This document shows positions 62,345 through 64,000 of a DNA stretch of 64,000 nucleotides, piece after piece. Positions within the stretch are counted from its first letter, which is position 1. Every line of letters begins with the position of its first letter. The notes beneath the pieces are model-generated. The model was given only the letters and a program-made list of their open reading frames with translations, did not search any database and was not told the DNA's origin. Made by a program: the position numbers and the translations under genes. Origin of the DNA: Camelus ferus (lineage: Eukaryota); assembly GCF_009834535.1 (NCBI RefSeq), contig NC_045696.1, positions 104,224,001 through 104,288,000 on the forward strand. The letters run 5' to 3'.

Positions 62345-63000
62345 CGGAATTGTTCATTCAGCAATTGTGCATCCAGCATCCTTTATGGGATGGACCTTTT
62401 CCTAGGAATACAGTCATGAAGAATGCAGATGTACAAGTCTCCCCTCTTCTGGGGCTTATGGTACAGCAGGGATGGGAGAGGAGACAGTAAGGAAGTAATG
62501 ACATTGCGTGAAGACAATTAGGCATCGTGTTGGCTTCTTGAGGCAGTAACATTAAGTAAGAAGCGTATTCCAAGCAGAGGGAAGAGCAAAGGTGAGTGCA
62601 GAAAGGGGGATGATGGGGCTGGGGCTGGTGAGCACGACAGGGTGGTCTTCAGTGAGACCGGAGGGCTGGGCTGGGGCCACAGCAGATGGGGCCTAGAGAC
62701 CATGGAAAAGAGCTTAGACTTACTCCAGGTGGGAAGACGACTCTTTGGAGGGTCTCGAGTAGGGGACATTGTGATCTGATTTATCATGGAAGCCAGCACC
62801 CCTCTGTTCCGGTTGTCCAGGTGAGAGTTGATGGTGGCCCGGGCTGGGGTGGTGGCAGAGAGCAGAGACAGGCGTGGGAGGCGGGGTATATTTTGGAGGC
62901 CGAGGCAACAGGAATTGCTGATGAATTTGCAGGGAGGGGTACAGAAGAAAGGGATTCAGGAAAGATGCCCTGATTTACTAGGAAGTAGTGGTCTGGCGAT
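62345..63000 (-). mobile_element. L2 fragment
   Basis: TTCATTCAGCAA tail; TTCCAAGCAGAGGGAAGAGCAAAG; GTCCAGGTGAGAGTTGATGGTGGC; CAACAGGAATTGCTGATGAATT. Confidence 0.8.
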
Positions 63001-64000
63001 CTCTGAGTCCAGCAGAGGCCCGAGCCTGGGGTCAGCAATGTCACCTGCCACAGAGAGGTCAAGGCCAGCAGGTTTTGAGCTGAGGCCTTTCTGGCCACTC
63101 TCTTCAACTCACCTGAGCATGGGGTTAATGCTCTCTAACCTTGTCCTTAGTGGTCCCCCCAGCTGGCCAGAGCTATCTCCTAAGCACTTCAGGTCACTCA
63201 GGAAACACAGGCTACCCCCTGCTTCTCTCATCTTCAGGCCCGCCTCCCATTCACGGCACCCCTGCCTCCCAGGACCCCTCCCAGGGCAGGGATGCTTCTC
63301 CGTCTGGGCCTCTCGGGAGCCGGGCAGAGGCCACTGCATGCCTCTGGGTGAGCGTGGGCAGGCGGTGGCTGCCCCCTCAGCGTGCCAGGCTCCCACTTGT
63401 GCCCCGTTCGTGCCTGGAAGGCCCTCTCCTGAGAACTAATCTTGCTCATTCTTAGAGCCTTTATTTGACAGCCTTTCCTACCTCAGGCCTCTTCTCTGAA
63501 TGCCCACAGCCCCTTGGTTAAAGTTAATTGTTTCTTTCCTTGAGGGTCAGCCTTCATGAGTCGGCGAATTCTTTGAGGGCAGGGACCATGTCTCACTCAC
63601 ATTCCCAGTCTCCGGCCCAGCGGGCTCAGTCCCTGTTTTGATTGAAGCAGCCTATGAATCCATCACCGGCCACAGCAGCAATGGGCTGGGGAGAGAAACT
63701 GGCCTTTTCCGGGAGTGTCTGGCTTCTCTTCCACAGACGATACTTCACACACTGGCAGGACGATCATCGTAGACTCCAGCTGTATTTTCATTTCCCTAAC
63801 TAAGAAGATCTACTTTTGAGTTCAGGTTGTAAATGAGGTGCTGTGATTGTTTCTGGTATAAAAGACCAAAATTTGCTTAAACTTAAGTGATCAGTATTCT
63901 GCTTTTCTGACCTGTTTGGCATTAGGTTCAAAGCAGGACACATCAGACGTTCTGGTGAGACAGGCTCGATGTTGGGCTCAAATTCAAATCTACTCACACT

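Noticed and set aside
62828..63439. 203-aa ORF on the plus strand
   Set aside because: Begins in antisense L2 and continues in GC-rich DNA where stops are rare; no domain; non-ATG start
63720..63810. Acceptor-like CTTCTCTTCCACAG followed by a short peptide
   Set aside because: All frames stop within ~30 codons and no homology is recognised
1..64000. Host-gene orientation inferred from TE strand bias
   Set aside because: L1s and young SINEs are mostly minus but LTRs are mostly plus, giving contradictory predictions; small sample
1..64000. CRISPR array, operon or other prokaryotic-type system
   Set aside because: The sequence is clearly mammalian and has no regularly spaced repeat-spacer array

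Overview
Mammalian non-coding DNA, most likely from a camelid (camel, alpaca or llama lineage), judged from four tRNA-Ala-derived SINEs of the vic-1 type and no recognisable Alu, B1, SINEC, Bov-tA or PRE-1. I found no supportable protein-coding exon; the listed ORFs are chance frames or decayed L1, L2 and ERVL remnants. Roughly half the window is transposon-derived: L1, L2, MIR, MaLR/ERVL solo LTRs (several with intact 5-bp TSDs), hAT MITEs (MER33, MER53, MER5, MER20) and an orphan ERVL pol fragment. Between the repeats lie several repeat-free, motif-dense blocks (Pbx-Hox TGATTNATGG, TCF, POU, homeobox) that look like developmental enhancers, plus an orphan CpG-rich patch. The best unexplained signals are two locally duplicated, anciently diverged ~190-205 bp elements (13931-14136 / 15285-15488 and 8230-8411 / 10202-10395). 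The first pair keeps H-box/ACA-like motifs and a closing stem in both copies. Repeat subfamily names are by-eye recognition and boundaries are approximate unless a TSD is cited.
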